From NCBI GenBank assembly GCA_002779235.1, contig PEXD01000070.1:1-50439 (forward strand): 50,439 nucleotides of DNA, read 5' to 3'. This DNA comes from Candidatus Woesearchaeota archaeon CG07_land_8_20_14_0_80_44_23. GTDB taxonomy: Archaea > Nanobdellota > Nanobdellia > Woesearchaeales > 0-14-0-80-44-23. Position numbers and translations under genes: made by a program. Positions 36,662-44,497 of this stretch are shown here, one piece after another. The notes beneath the pieces are model-generated. The model did no database searches. It had not been told where the DNA came from and saw nothing but the letters and a program-made list of their open reading frames with translations. The number at the start of each line of letters is the position of its first letter. Within the stretch, counting starts at the first letter, position 1.

Positions 36662-36704
36662 GTGCAAAGAAATCGAAGATTTCTTGCACGAAGATTTCTT
36701 GCAC
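36662..36704 (-). terminator. Hairpin with duplicated arm, followed by a T-run on the minus strand
   Basis: GTGCAAAGAAATC (36662-36674) is the inverted partner of GAAGATTTCTTGCAC. That 15-mer is tandemly duplicated (36675-36689 and 36690-36704). On the minus strand the hairpin is followed by TTTTGTTGTTTTT. It lies about 95 nt after the ATP-grasp stop. Confidence 0.45.
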
Positions 36705-36800
36705 ATAAAATTAAAGATTTTGTTGTGCTCAAAAACCACTCGCTGCTGATTTGGCTTGTTCAAACATGCCACTCATCTGTAAGACGTGGTTTTTGACAAA

Positions 36801-37838
36801 TCAAATTTCTATAAGGCGAATCTTTTCCTCAACCCTCTTCTCAGAGTGCTGTCTTTCTATGGCATAATCAAGTATTTTTGTTATCAACTCATTGTAGCTT
36901 ATGCTGTTGGCAGCAGCTGCTCTTGTAAATGCTGTGTCCACAGGTCCGATGTCAGGATTTGGGTTGACCTCAAGGATGTAGGAGTTGTTGTCCTTGTCTA
37001 TCCTTATGTCTATCCTGGCATAGTCCTGGCATTCCATTACCTTGTATGCTGCAAGGGCAAGCCTCTTTATCCTGTTCTCAACATTTTTGGGAAGCTGCGC
37101 CGGGCAGACAGGTATTGTCTTCTGAAACTCCTCTGAATTGGGAATCCATTTTGCCTGGTATGAGCAGATTTTGTAGGCGCTCTCTGAGAAGTTGGTGAAC
37201 TGAAGCTCCTCTATGGGAAGGGCTATTGGGTCCCTGTTCCCAATTATGGAGACATTGACCTCCCTGCCTTCAATAAATTCTTCGGCAAGCGCGTTCTGCT
37301 TGTAAGTTTCTATAACGTATGCTATCCTTTTCCTCAGCTGCTCCTCATCCTTCACAACAGATTCGTTTGTTATCCCTATGCTTGCATCCTCATGTATTGG
37401 CTTGACTATCATTGGGAACTTCAGCGAGAGGTCCAGCTCGTCAGCAGGGCTCTTGAAAATCTGGAACCTTGCAGTCGGAAGCCCCATTGAAAGCAGAATC
37501 TGCTTTGTTTTCGCCTTGTCCAGGCATACTGAGAGCGTCAGAAAGTTGGAGCCGGTGTATGGAATCCCGACCATGTCAAGCATTGCAGGTATGTATGCCT
37601 CTGCAAGTATGTTGCTTCCTATTCCCTCGCCGAGGTTGAAAACCAGGTCAAGCTTGACAGCCCTGAGGTTCTCATAGAGGTTGTCGTCAACATGTATGAG
37701 CTTTACCTCATGCCCGGCAGCCCTTAAAGCATCCTCAACACAATGAACAGTGTTCAGAATATCCTGCTCTGCAATTATGTCAATAGGATTTCCCCTTGCT
37801 ATCTCGCTAACAACATTGTAAATTATTCCAACTTTCAT
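36801..37838 (-). CDS. ATP-grasp ligase, D-Ala-D-Ala ligase-like (paralog 2)
   Basis: 345 aa. It starts MKVGIIYNV and contains DLVFNLGEG, PYTGS, FPMIVKPIHEDASIG, EEFIEGREVNVSIIG, ARIDIRIDKDN and YILEVNPNPDIG. AGGAG SD upstream. Confidence 0.8.
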   Translation of the reverse strand: MKVGIIYNVVSEIARGNPIDIIAEQDILNTVHCVEDALRAAGHEVKLIHVDDNLYENLRAVKLDLVFNLGEGIGSNILAEAYIPAMLDMVGIPYTGSNFLTLSVCLDKAKTKQILLSMGLPTARFQIFKSPADELDLSLKFPMIVKPIHEDASIGITNESVVKDEEQLRKRIAYVIETYKQNALAEEFIEGREVNVSIIGNRDPIALPIEELQFTNFSESAYKICSYQAKWIPNSEEFQKTIPVCPAQLPKNVENRIKRLALAAYKVMECQDYARIDIRIDKDNNSYILEVNPNPDIGPVDTAFTRAAAANSISYNELITKILDYAIERQHSEKRVEEKIRLIEI

Positions 37839-37863
37839 CTGCTATATTCTCCTAATGCTTTTG

Positions 37864-38946
37864 TTATCTTGCCTTCCTGTTGGCCCGCCTTACATATTTC
37901 TTCAGGTCTTTTACTGCAAGCGAGTCCTTGAAATTGTGATTTATTCCTGCTCTTTTCATCGCATAATAAAGCACTGTGTTGATGAGCTGCTCGTACTTCA
38001 GCCCCATTGAATACCACATTGCCGGAAGATTGCTGTGCTCAATCGGGTCAGGGCCTATCCCCGGCAGCGGGTTTATCTCTAGGACATAGGGTCTGTTGTG
38101 CTTGCCGAGGCGCATGTCTATCCTGCACCAGTCGCGCACGTTCAGCGCCCTGTATGTCTGGATTGCGATTTTTTCTATCCTTCTCTTGAGGTAAGGCGAT
38201 ATCCTTGCGGGGCAGGACACAACGTTAATCGGGTTCTCCTTGGTATCCCACACCCACTTCGCCTCGTATGAATATATGGGATTTGCCTCAGGCGGGAGGC
38301 TGTCAAAGACAATCTCAAGGATGGGAAGCGCAATTGGCTCATCATTCCCGATAACCGCAACTGTGAGTTCTCTTCCTGAAAGGAATTCCTCCACAAGAGC
38401 CGGCTGCTCGTATGCGGCTATTATCTCAGAGAGCTTTTTTCTGAGTTCTGCATCGTTCTTCACGACGCAGTCATTCTTTATCCCCTTGCTCGAGCCCTCG
38501 TAAAGCGGCTTGACAATGAGAGGAAAATGGAGCTTTCTCAATAGCTTCTCGTCCGCCTTGTAAAAAACCTGGAATGCCGCCGTCGGAATCCTGTTTTGTA
38601 TGAGCATATCCTTTGTCATCGCCTTGTTCAGCCCTATTGAAAGGGTTGTCGGGTCCGATGCAAGGTAGGGTATCTCCAGGAGCTCAAGCATTGCAGGAAT
38701 CTGCGATTCCCTGCTCCTGCCCCTCAGCCCCTCTGCTATGTTGAAGACGAAGTCGGGCCTCATCTTCTTGAGCTTGATGTATGCCTTCTCATCGGCTTCA
38801 ATCCTTGCGGTCTTGAAGCCCGCCTTTCTTATTGCGCTCTCTATCGCGCTTATGGTGCTTTTCTCGTCGAATTCAGAGTAAAAGTCCCCAGGAAGGCCCT
38901 CTGCGGGCTTTTTCTTGAGGTTATAGGTTATCGCAACAAGTGTCAT
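37864..38946 (-). CDS. ATP-grasp ligase, D-Ala-D-Ala ligase-like (paralog 1)
   Basis: 360 aa, colinear with the downstream paralog: ITYNL, DFVFNIAEG, PYLAS, FPLIVKPLYEGSSKG, EEFLSGRELTVAVIG, CRIDMRLGKHN and YVLEINPLPGIG. Confidence 0.8.
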   Translation of the reverse strand: MTLVAITYNLKKKPAEGLPGDFYSEFDEKSTISAIESAIRKAGFKTARIEADEKAYIKLKKMRPDFVFNIAEGLRGRSRESQIPAMLELLEIPYLASDPTTLSIGLNKAMTKDMLIQNRIPTAAFQVFYKADEKLLRKLHFPLIVKPLYEGSSKGIKNDCVVKNDAELRKKLSEIIAAYEQPALVEEFLSGRELTVAVIGNDEPIALPILEIVFDSLPPEANPIYSYEAKWVWDTKENPINVVSCPARISPYLKRRIEKIAIQTYRALNVRDWCRIDMRLGKHNRPYVLEINPLPGIGPDPIEHSNLPAMWYSMGLKYEQLINTVLYYAMKRAGINHNFKDSLAVKDLKKYVRRANRKAR

Positions 38947-38951
38947 CTTTG

Positions 38952-38990
38952 AAATGGGTCAGAATGAAGTTTTCCCTGAAAGGCACCTCG
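38952..38990. repeat. Conserved non-coding element, copy A (core 1)
   Basis: AAATGGGTCAGAATGAAGTTTTCCCTGAAAGGCACCTCG. The 21-nt block TTTTCCC[T/G]GAAAGGCACCTCG matches copy B at 20 of 21 positions. It begins 6 nt from the ATP-grasp-1 start codon. Confidence 0.7.
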
Positions 38991-39083
38991 TTGGCGTTTG
39001 TTAATCACGTGTTATTTTTCTTTGCTTTTTGTTTTTAGTTTTTTGAAAAAATTGTTTTTTTCAATTCTGAAAGTAAGCATTAT

Positions 39084-39129
39084 CTATTTAAATATTTAAT
39101 TATTTTGAAAAAAATCTCGACGGGAAATT
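39084..39129. repeat. Conserved AT-rich block, copy A (core 2; candidate TATA region)
   Basis: CTATTTAAATATTTAATTATTTTGAAAA...CGACGGGAAATT is colinear with 40613-40660. Confidence 0.5.
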
Positions 39130-39272
39130 AAAATATTTTTTTGGGAAAATTGCATCGGCTCGGAAACAGCAAAATATCTTTGAAGATTTTTCCGTCGAGA
39201 AAAAAACTGCGGAAAAAAATCAGGATTGACAATATTAAAAAAATATTATTGAAAAAAATTATGCAGAAAAAT

Positions 39273-40346
39273 TTAGGGAAGGGGATACTCGTAAGTTTTT
39301 CCTTCGTAGTTCTTTAGGACTATTGTAGTCTTTCCGCTCTTCCTGTCTTTTTTCTCCCCAATAAGGTATGTTGGAAGCAGAGGTATCTTTCCACCGCCGC
39401 CCGGAGCGTCTATGACATAGTGGGGCACTGCCATTCCGCTGGTGAATCCCTGCAGCGAATGGATTATCTCAAGCCCTTTTGAAATCTCTGTCCTGAAGTG
39501 CCTGGTGCCCTTCACAATATCCGCCTGGTAAAGGTAATACGGCTTGACCCTCATGATGAGGAGCTTTTGCACCAGCTCCTTCATTATTTTCGGGTTGTCA
39601 TTCACCCCCTTGAGGAGAACTGACTGGTTTCCAAGGGCAATTCCGGCGTCTGCAAGCATGCTGCACGCATTAATGCTCTCTTTTGTTATCTCCTGAGGAT
39701 GGTTGAAGTGGGTGTTTATGTAGAGGGGATGGTATTTTGCGAGCATCCTGCAAAGTTTTTTTGTTATTCTCTGCGGAAGTGCGCAGGGCATCCTTGTGCC
39801 TATCCTGATTATCTGCACATGCTTTATGGCTCTTATCTGTTTCAAAATGAACTCAAGTTTATCGTTACTCAGCATCAAAGGGTCCCCCCCTGAGAGTATT
39901 ACATCCCTTATCTCCTTGTGGTTTTTTATATAATCAATCCCTTTCATTATCTGTGAAAGCGAGATTTCCCTGTCGGGATGCCCAACTCTTCTCTTTCTCG
40001 TGCAGAACCTGCAGTACATTGAGCACTGGTTTGAGCACAGGAACAGCACCCTGTCAGGGTATCTGTGGATAAGCCCGGGCACTGGGCTTTGTTCCTCCTC
40101 GTGCAGCGGGTCTGAAAGCCCTTCAGTGTCCTTGAGTTCCTGCTCGTCGGCAATGCACTGCTTCCACACTGCGTCACCCTTCTTTTTTATAAGCCCTAAA
40201 TAATAGGGATTAACCCTCAAAGGATATGCTGCGCCCACTTTCTTTATCTCTTCAATCTCCTTTGTTGAAAGATGAAACTTCGTCAGTGCCTTCTCTATAT
40301 TTTTTTCATCATATGACTCTGCCAAAAGTTTTTTCCATGCGTCCAT
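39273..40346 (-). CDS. kamA: KamA-family radical SAM / PLP aminomutase (lysine 2,3-aminomutase-like)
   Basis: CSMYCRFCTRKRR (CxxxCxxC), ILSGGDPL, PYYLYQADIVKGTRHFRT and IDAPGGGGKIP (PLP lysine). It is 357 aa and lacks the long C-terminal domain of clostridial KamA. Confidence 0.88.
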   Translation of the reverse strand: MDAWKKLLAESYDEKNIEKALTKFHLSTKEIEEIKKVGAAYPLRVNPYYLGLIKKKGDAVWKQCIADEQELKDTEGLSDPLHEEEQSPVPGLIHRYPDRVLFLCSNQCSMYCRFCTRKRRVGHPDREISLSQIMKGIDYIKNHKEIRDVILSGGDPLMLSNDKLEFILKQIRAIKHVQIIRIGTRMPCALPQRITKKLCRMLAKYHPLYINTHFNHPQEITKESINACSMLADAGIALGNQSVLLKGVNDNPKIMKELVQKLLIMRVKPYYLYQADIVKGTRHFRTEISKGLEIIHSLQGFTSGMAVPHYVIDAPGGGGKIPLLPTYLIGEKKDRKSGKTTIVLKNYEGKTYEYPLP

Positions 40347-40521
40347 ATTATTTTCATTCCTTTGTTATTAGAAATTCAATTTTTGCAATCACTCTGCATC
40401 CTGCATATGCGTGGTGCGTATAGATTTAACAGTCGGCAAACTCGTCTTGTTCATTTCGCAGCAAATTCTTGCGGCACTGACTTTTCCAAAATTACAAAAA
40501 TTATAAGAAAATATCATCTTA

Positions 40522-40559
40522 AAATGGGTTTAGAAAGATTTTCCCGGAAAGGCACCTCG
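40522..40559. repeat. Conserved non-coding element, copy B (core 1)
   Basis: AAATGGGTTTAGAAAGATTTTCCCGGAAAGGCACCTCG lies about 175 nt upstream of the kamA ATG. It is the paralog of 38952-38990. Confidence 0.7.
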
Positions 40560-40612
40560 CTGACATTGAATTTTTTTTCTTTTAAATTTTTATATAAGCA
40601 GTATATGTGGAA

Positions 40613-40660
40613 CTTATTTAAATAATTAATCATTTTTGAAAATTCACGAGGAAAAAAATT
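40613..40660. repeat. Conserved AT-rich block, copy B (core 2)
   Basis: CTTATTTAAATAATTAATCATTTTTGAAAA...CACGAGGAAAAAAATT is colinear with 39084-39129. Confidence 0.5.
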
Positions 40661-40776
40661 TCTGAAAATTCCGCGTGAAAAAGTGACAGGAAATTCTTAG
40701 AATTTGTTCCGACGAGGATTTTTCAGCGGATTTGCTGGCGAGGTTGAAGAAAATGATTTTTGGTCTTATTATCTTT

Positions 40777-43134
40777 TTATTGGAGCAGCCGCCCCTTGCT
40801 TGCGCCCTTGTATTCCTCATCTATTATTTTCCTTATCGCCTTTGCCTTCTTGTCGCCAATTAGCTTCACTTTTTTCAGCTCTTCCTCTGAAGCCGAGAAA
40901 ACCTTTCCCACTGAGCTGAAGTTGAAGAGAAGCTCTCTGGATAAGTCAGCCCCTATTCCAGGCAGGGATGATACTATGTATTCCTGCTGCGCCTGCTTGC
41001 TGCTCTGGTGCTTTTCCGTGTGCATCTGAAAATCTCTTCCCTCATTTATCTGCTCTCTCCTTGCGATTACAGAGAGCAGCGCAGCTGTCTCCCTGAAGTT
41101 TCTTGTCTGAATTATTGGTATGCCGTAGCTCACAACCACTGTTGCCAGCATTCCCCTTATGGCGTTCGGGTGTATATTCCTTGCGCTATAAATGTCCTCC
41201 TCGCCCTCAATTATCACTATAGGTATCTCATATGATTCCTTCATGCTCTTAAGCTGCGAGAGCAGGCGCCCATCTATTATTGAGTCCACAAAATCAGGAA
41301 CCCTCTTTATCTCGACAGCGACCCTGCTGCTGAGGATGTAGTCGGCAATGTCCAGGTTCTCAAGCACGAGATAGACGCCCTGATTTGAGAGCTCCCTGAG
41401 AAGAAGCGAGCCCTTCTCCCTGCAGTCAACTATCATCTTTATCCTTTCGCCTTCAGGGTTGAACTCAGAAAGTGTTGCATTTTTCCTGGCTGCCTCATTT
41501 TTTTCATTATTACCTGTAGCAATGTATCCCTGGAGGCTGAGGCTTCTCTTGAGCTCCTCAAGGGTGCTCTTCATTCTCTTTTCCTTGTGGAATGCGGACC
41601 ATCGGTAGATCTCGTCCCTCGTGTTCTTTGTCACGAGCATTATCACCCTGCCTGCCTCCTGCCTGCCGGTCCTCCCCCTTCTCTGTATCGTCCTTATGGC
41701 AGAAGGCACTGGCTCGTAGAAAATAACTATGTCAACCTGGGGAATGTCAAGTCCCTCCTCACCAATGGATGTTGCGATGAGGGTGTTGAACTCGCTCTTT
41801 GAGAAGCTTTCAAGCATCGCCTTCTGCTCCTTCTGGCTCATGCCTGTATCCTTCTTCTTGGCTTGCCCTACAAACATCTTCGGGCTCACTCCCGGGATTT
41901 TTGAGAGCTCTGATATTATCTTTGTTGCAGAGTCGCGGTATTGGGTGAATATTATTATCTTGACATTGCGCTTCCTGGAAACCTCTGCCAGGATTATCTC
42001 ATTGAGCTTTCCGATTTTCGGGTGTTCTGCGCCCTTTTCTATTATTATCCTGGATTTTGCAATTGCCGACCTGAAGTTCGGGTCTGCCATGAGGTTTTTT
42101 ACTGCCCTTATCTTTGTGCTCTCGGCATCTGCCTCGAGCTTTTCAAAATATTCCATCAGCTGGTATATGCCCTGGGTTTCCAGCATCTCAAGCGCGTGCT
42201 GCACCTTCATTGCCTGCGCTATTATCGATATGGACTGCATTGCCTCATAGTCCTTCTGCCCTGCTGCGAGGGCTGCGTGAAGGTTGCCCTGGAGAATCAG
42301 CAGCTCCTTCCTTCCTATTGAGAGAGGCACCCTTCCAATGTAGCCGAGCTTGTTGAGGGCCTCTATCTTTGAGGTGAATGAGTCAGTTAGGTATTTCCTG
42401 ACCTGGAGGAAGTCAGGGGGAAGCTCAACTGTCACCCATTCAACATCTATTTTCTGGACATATGGCTTCACATCAGGGTCTGATTCCGAGCGTATCTCAA
42501 CTGCCTCTATGAAAAGGTTGCTGCAGACCTCCTTTATCTTGTCTGCAGTGCTTCCAGGTGATGCTGTAAGCGCGAGAATCCTTGGAAATTTTGCCCTCTT
42601 TTGATAGGCGCCTGCGATGAAAGTGTATGAGTAGTTACCAACTGCTCTGTGCGCCTCGTCAAAGATTAGCAAGCTTACTTCTGAAAGGTCTATCTTGTTT
42701 GAAATGGCATCATTCTCCAGCCCCTGCGGAGTGGATGAGATGAACCTTACTTTTTTCCAGAGCGCCTGCCTCTTTTCAGGGCTCATGAGCCCTGTGAAGA
42801 CAGCTGTCTGCTCTTCGGGTATTGAGAGAAATCTCCTGAATGATTTCAGGTGCTGCTCTGCAAGGGGCTTTGTTGGAGAGAGCATGACAACCTTTGAGTT
42901 TGGGAATGAATTAAGGCGCTGGCATGCAAGCATTAATGCAATTGCTGTCTTGCCCAGCCCTGTTGGCAGCACCACAAGAGTATTTTTCTGCGAAGCAGTT
43001 GAAAATATTGTCTCCTGGTAGAGGCGCGGCTGGAAATCCCTGATGGAAATCTTATCAGAACTGCATGAAGAATTTGCAGCTGCCCCCGAGCCCTGATTTT
43101 CGCCTTCCATCCTTCCCAGAGAGCAGGAGTTCAT
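40777..43134 (-). CDS. hef: Hef (helicase-associated endonuclease for fork-structured DNA; FANCM/XPF-like)
   Basis: Helicase motifs LVVLPTGLGKT, FDEAHRAVG and QRRGRTGR. C-terminal ERCC4 nuclease (IVDCREKGS, LDIADYIL, VEIKR) and an HhH2 tail. Confidence 0.9.
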   Translation of the reverse strand: MNSCSLGRMEGENQGSGAAANSSCSSDKISIRDFQPRLYQETIFSTASQKNTLVVLPTGLGKTAIALMLACQRLNSFPNSKVVMLSPTKPLAEQHLKSFRRFLSIPEEQTAVFTGLMSPEKRQALWKKVRFISSTPQGLENDAISNKIDLSEVSLLIFDEAHRAVGNYSYTFIAGAYQKRAKFPRILALTASPGSTADKIKEVCSNLFIEAVEIRSESDPDVKPYVQKIDVEWVTVELPPDFLQVRKYLTDSFTSKIEALNKLGYIGRVPLSIGRKELLILQGNLHAALAAGQKDYEAMQSISIIAQAMKVQHALEMLETQGIYQLMEYFEKLEADAESTKIRAVKNLMADPNFRSAIAKSRIIIEKGAEHPKIGKLNEIILAEVSRKRNVKIIIFTQYRDSATKIISELSKIPGVSPKMFVGQAKKKDTGMSQKEQKAMLESFSKSEFNTLIATSIGEEGLDIPQVDIVIFYEPVPSAIRTIQRRGRTGRQEAGRVIMLVTKNTRDEIYRWSAFHKEKRMKSTLEELKRSLSLQGYIATGNNEKNEAARKNATLSEFNPEGERIKMIVDCREKGSLLLRELSNQGVYLVLENLDIADYILSSRVAVEIKRVPDFVDSIIDGRLLSQLKSMKESYEIPIVIIEGEEDIYSARNIHPNAIRGMLATVVVSYGIPIIQTRNFRETAALLSVIARREQINEGRDFQMHTEKHQSSKQAQQEYIVSSLPGIGADLSRELLFNFSSVGKVFSASEEELKKVKLIGDKKAKAIRKIIDEEYKGASKGRLLQ

Positions 43135-43190
43135 TTAAAAACATTTTGCAGGAGTGTCCCATTGTCCAGTGAATGAGTATCTTAAAACAA

Positions 43191-43200
43191 TTTATATATT
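43191..43200 (+). promoter_or_regulatory. TATA box (TTTATATATT)
   Basis: The box is centred 26 nt upstream of the ATG at 43221. It sits in the short divergent gap with hef. Confidence 0.5.
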
Positions 43201-43220
43201 CTCCAGCGAATGAGGGGCTT

Positions 43221-43652
43221 ATGAGCCTCCTGATTATTGTTTTGTCTGTCATCGGCATTCTCATATTCCTCTGGCTCGGCTATATCATTGGAAGGAAAAT
43301 TGAGGAGAATGACTGGAAACTCAACAGGCTGCCCATGGTTGTAAAGGAGCGGCTTAAGACCTCAAGGGCTGTTCTTGGAGGGCAGTTCAGCGAGCAATTA
43401 GCCCCTTATCTTCCTGACTTCAAATACAGCCCAACTGAGTGCAGGTTCATGGGAAAGCCAATTGATTTCATCGTCTTCAATGGCATGGATAATGACAGCA
43501 TTGAGCAGGTGATTTTTGTCGAGGTTAAAAGCGGGAAGAACAAAATATTAAACCAGAGGGAGAAATCGCTCAAAAAGGCGGTTGAGGAGAAAAAAGTTTC
43601 TTGGGAAAAGTATGAGATTCCTGAAGGCGTGACTGAAAAGCGCGAAGAATGA
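43221..43652 (+). CDS. Membrane-anchored Hjc-related endonuclease (COG4741-like)
   Basis: N-terminal TM helix MSLLIIVLSVIGILIFLWLGYII. The C-terminal core PIDFIVFNG...VIFVEVKSGKNKILNQREKSLKKAVEE resembles Holliday-junction-resolvase-like nucleases. The family call is from memory. Confidence 0.5.
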   Translation: MSLLIIVLSVIGILIFLWLGYIIGRKIEENDWKLNRLPMVVKERLKTSRAVLGGQFSEQLAPYLPDFKYSPTECRFMGKPIDFIVFNGMDNDSIEQVIFVEVKSGKNKILNQREKSLKKAVEEKKVSWEKYEIPEGVTEKREE

Positions 43653-43676
43653 TTCAGCAATTTTGGTTTATTCTAA

Positions 43677-44414
43677 TTATTTGAATTCGTAGCCGAAGAA
43701 GTAGGCTGCCCAGCCGAGTATTGCGATTAGGAGCCCTCCGAAGATTATGAGAGGTATGCTCACTTTTAATAATATTAGCAGCCCTGCCCCAATAATCCCT
43801 GCGAAGCTGAAGGCATAGAGGGGCCTTGCAGCATAGAGCACCTTGCTTCCGTCAAGCGGAGGAATTGGAAGCATTGAGAATAATGCAATCAGCACGTTAA
43901 ATTTTATTGCAGTATCTATCAGCGGGTTTGGAAACCCAGAGAACATCCTGAAGAACAGCGCAAGGGCTATGTTTGCCAGAGGGCCCATGAGCGCAATGAC
44001 GCCTATTGAGTAATAGTTTATGTTGTACCTGAAATAGCCGAGCCTGTGCCCAGGCATCATCTGTATTGCGAATCCACCCAGTGCTAGGATGTAGAGGTAG
44101 CCGTTTGAGACAAAGCATAAGAAAAGCGCTGCAAGTATCCCGTAGAACCAGAACTTGTATTCGAGCTTGTAGCCAATATGAAGCGAGTATATCTTCTGGA
44201 CTGAGACCTTCACCAGCATTGAAAGCGCGACTATGAGAACTGCGTTGAAGAGGTTCCTCAATCCCAGATTGAAGTCAAATGTTTTTACTCCCCACTGCTG
44301 GAAGGTTAGGATGAATGCTGCAACGAAGATTGTTATCAGAAGCGCCTTGACCTCCTCGCCTGAGAAGCGGAAATGGCTTTTCATCTTCTCCTGTAGGTCG
44401 TAAAGGGTGTACAT
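43677..44414 (-). CDS. M50 (site-2 protease)-like polytopic membrane protein lacking HExxH
   Basis: GPLANIALALFF and FNVLIALFSMLPIPPLDGSKVL match M50 blocks. The expected HExxH position reads VQKIYSLHIGYK. Confidence 0.5.
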   Translation of the reverse strand: MYTLYDLQEKMKSHFRFSGEEVKALLITIFVAAFILTFQQWGVKTFDFNLGLRNLFNAVLIVALSMLVKVSVQKIYSLHIGYKLEYKFWFYGILAALFLCFVSNGYLYILALGGFAIQMMPGHRLGYFRYNINYYSIGVIALMGPLANIALALFFRMFSGFPNPLIDTAIKFNVLIALFSMLPIPPLDGSKVLYAARPLYAFSFAGIIGAGLLILLKVSIPLIIFGGLLIAILGWAAYFFGYEFK

Positions 44415-44497
44415 GCTGCTATTCGAGTTTAAACAATATAAAAATCTTTCTTAAAAGAGGCTTTGTATAGCAAGTGAGAGAGTCCGACGAAGCCTGC

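Noticed and set aside
38954-39004. 16-codon mini-ORF (MGQNEVFPERHLVGVC) as a leader peptide in copy A of the conserved element
   Set aside because: Copy B has an indel that changes the frame, so the conservation is at the nucleotide level, not the peptide level.
40362-41029. ORFs 40362-40625, 40704-40919 and 40760-41029 in or near the kamA-hef spacer
   Set aside because: The translations are low complexity. The part that is conserved with the 38952-38990 copy is in a different reading frame in the two copies. The rightmost ORFs are antisense to the hef 3' end.
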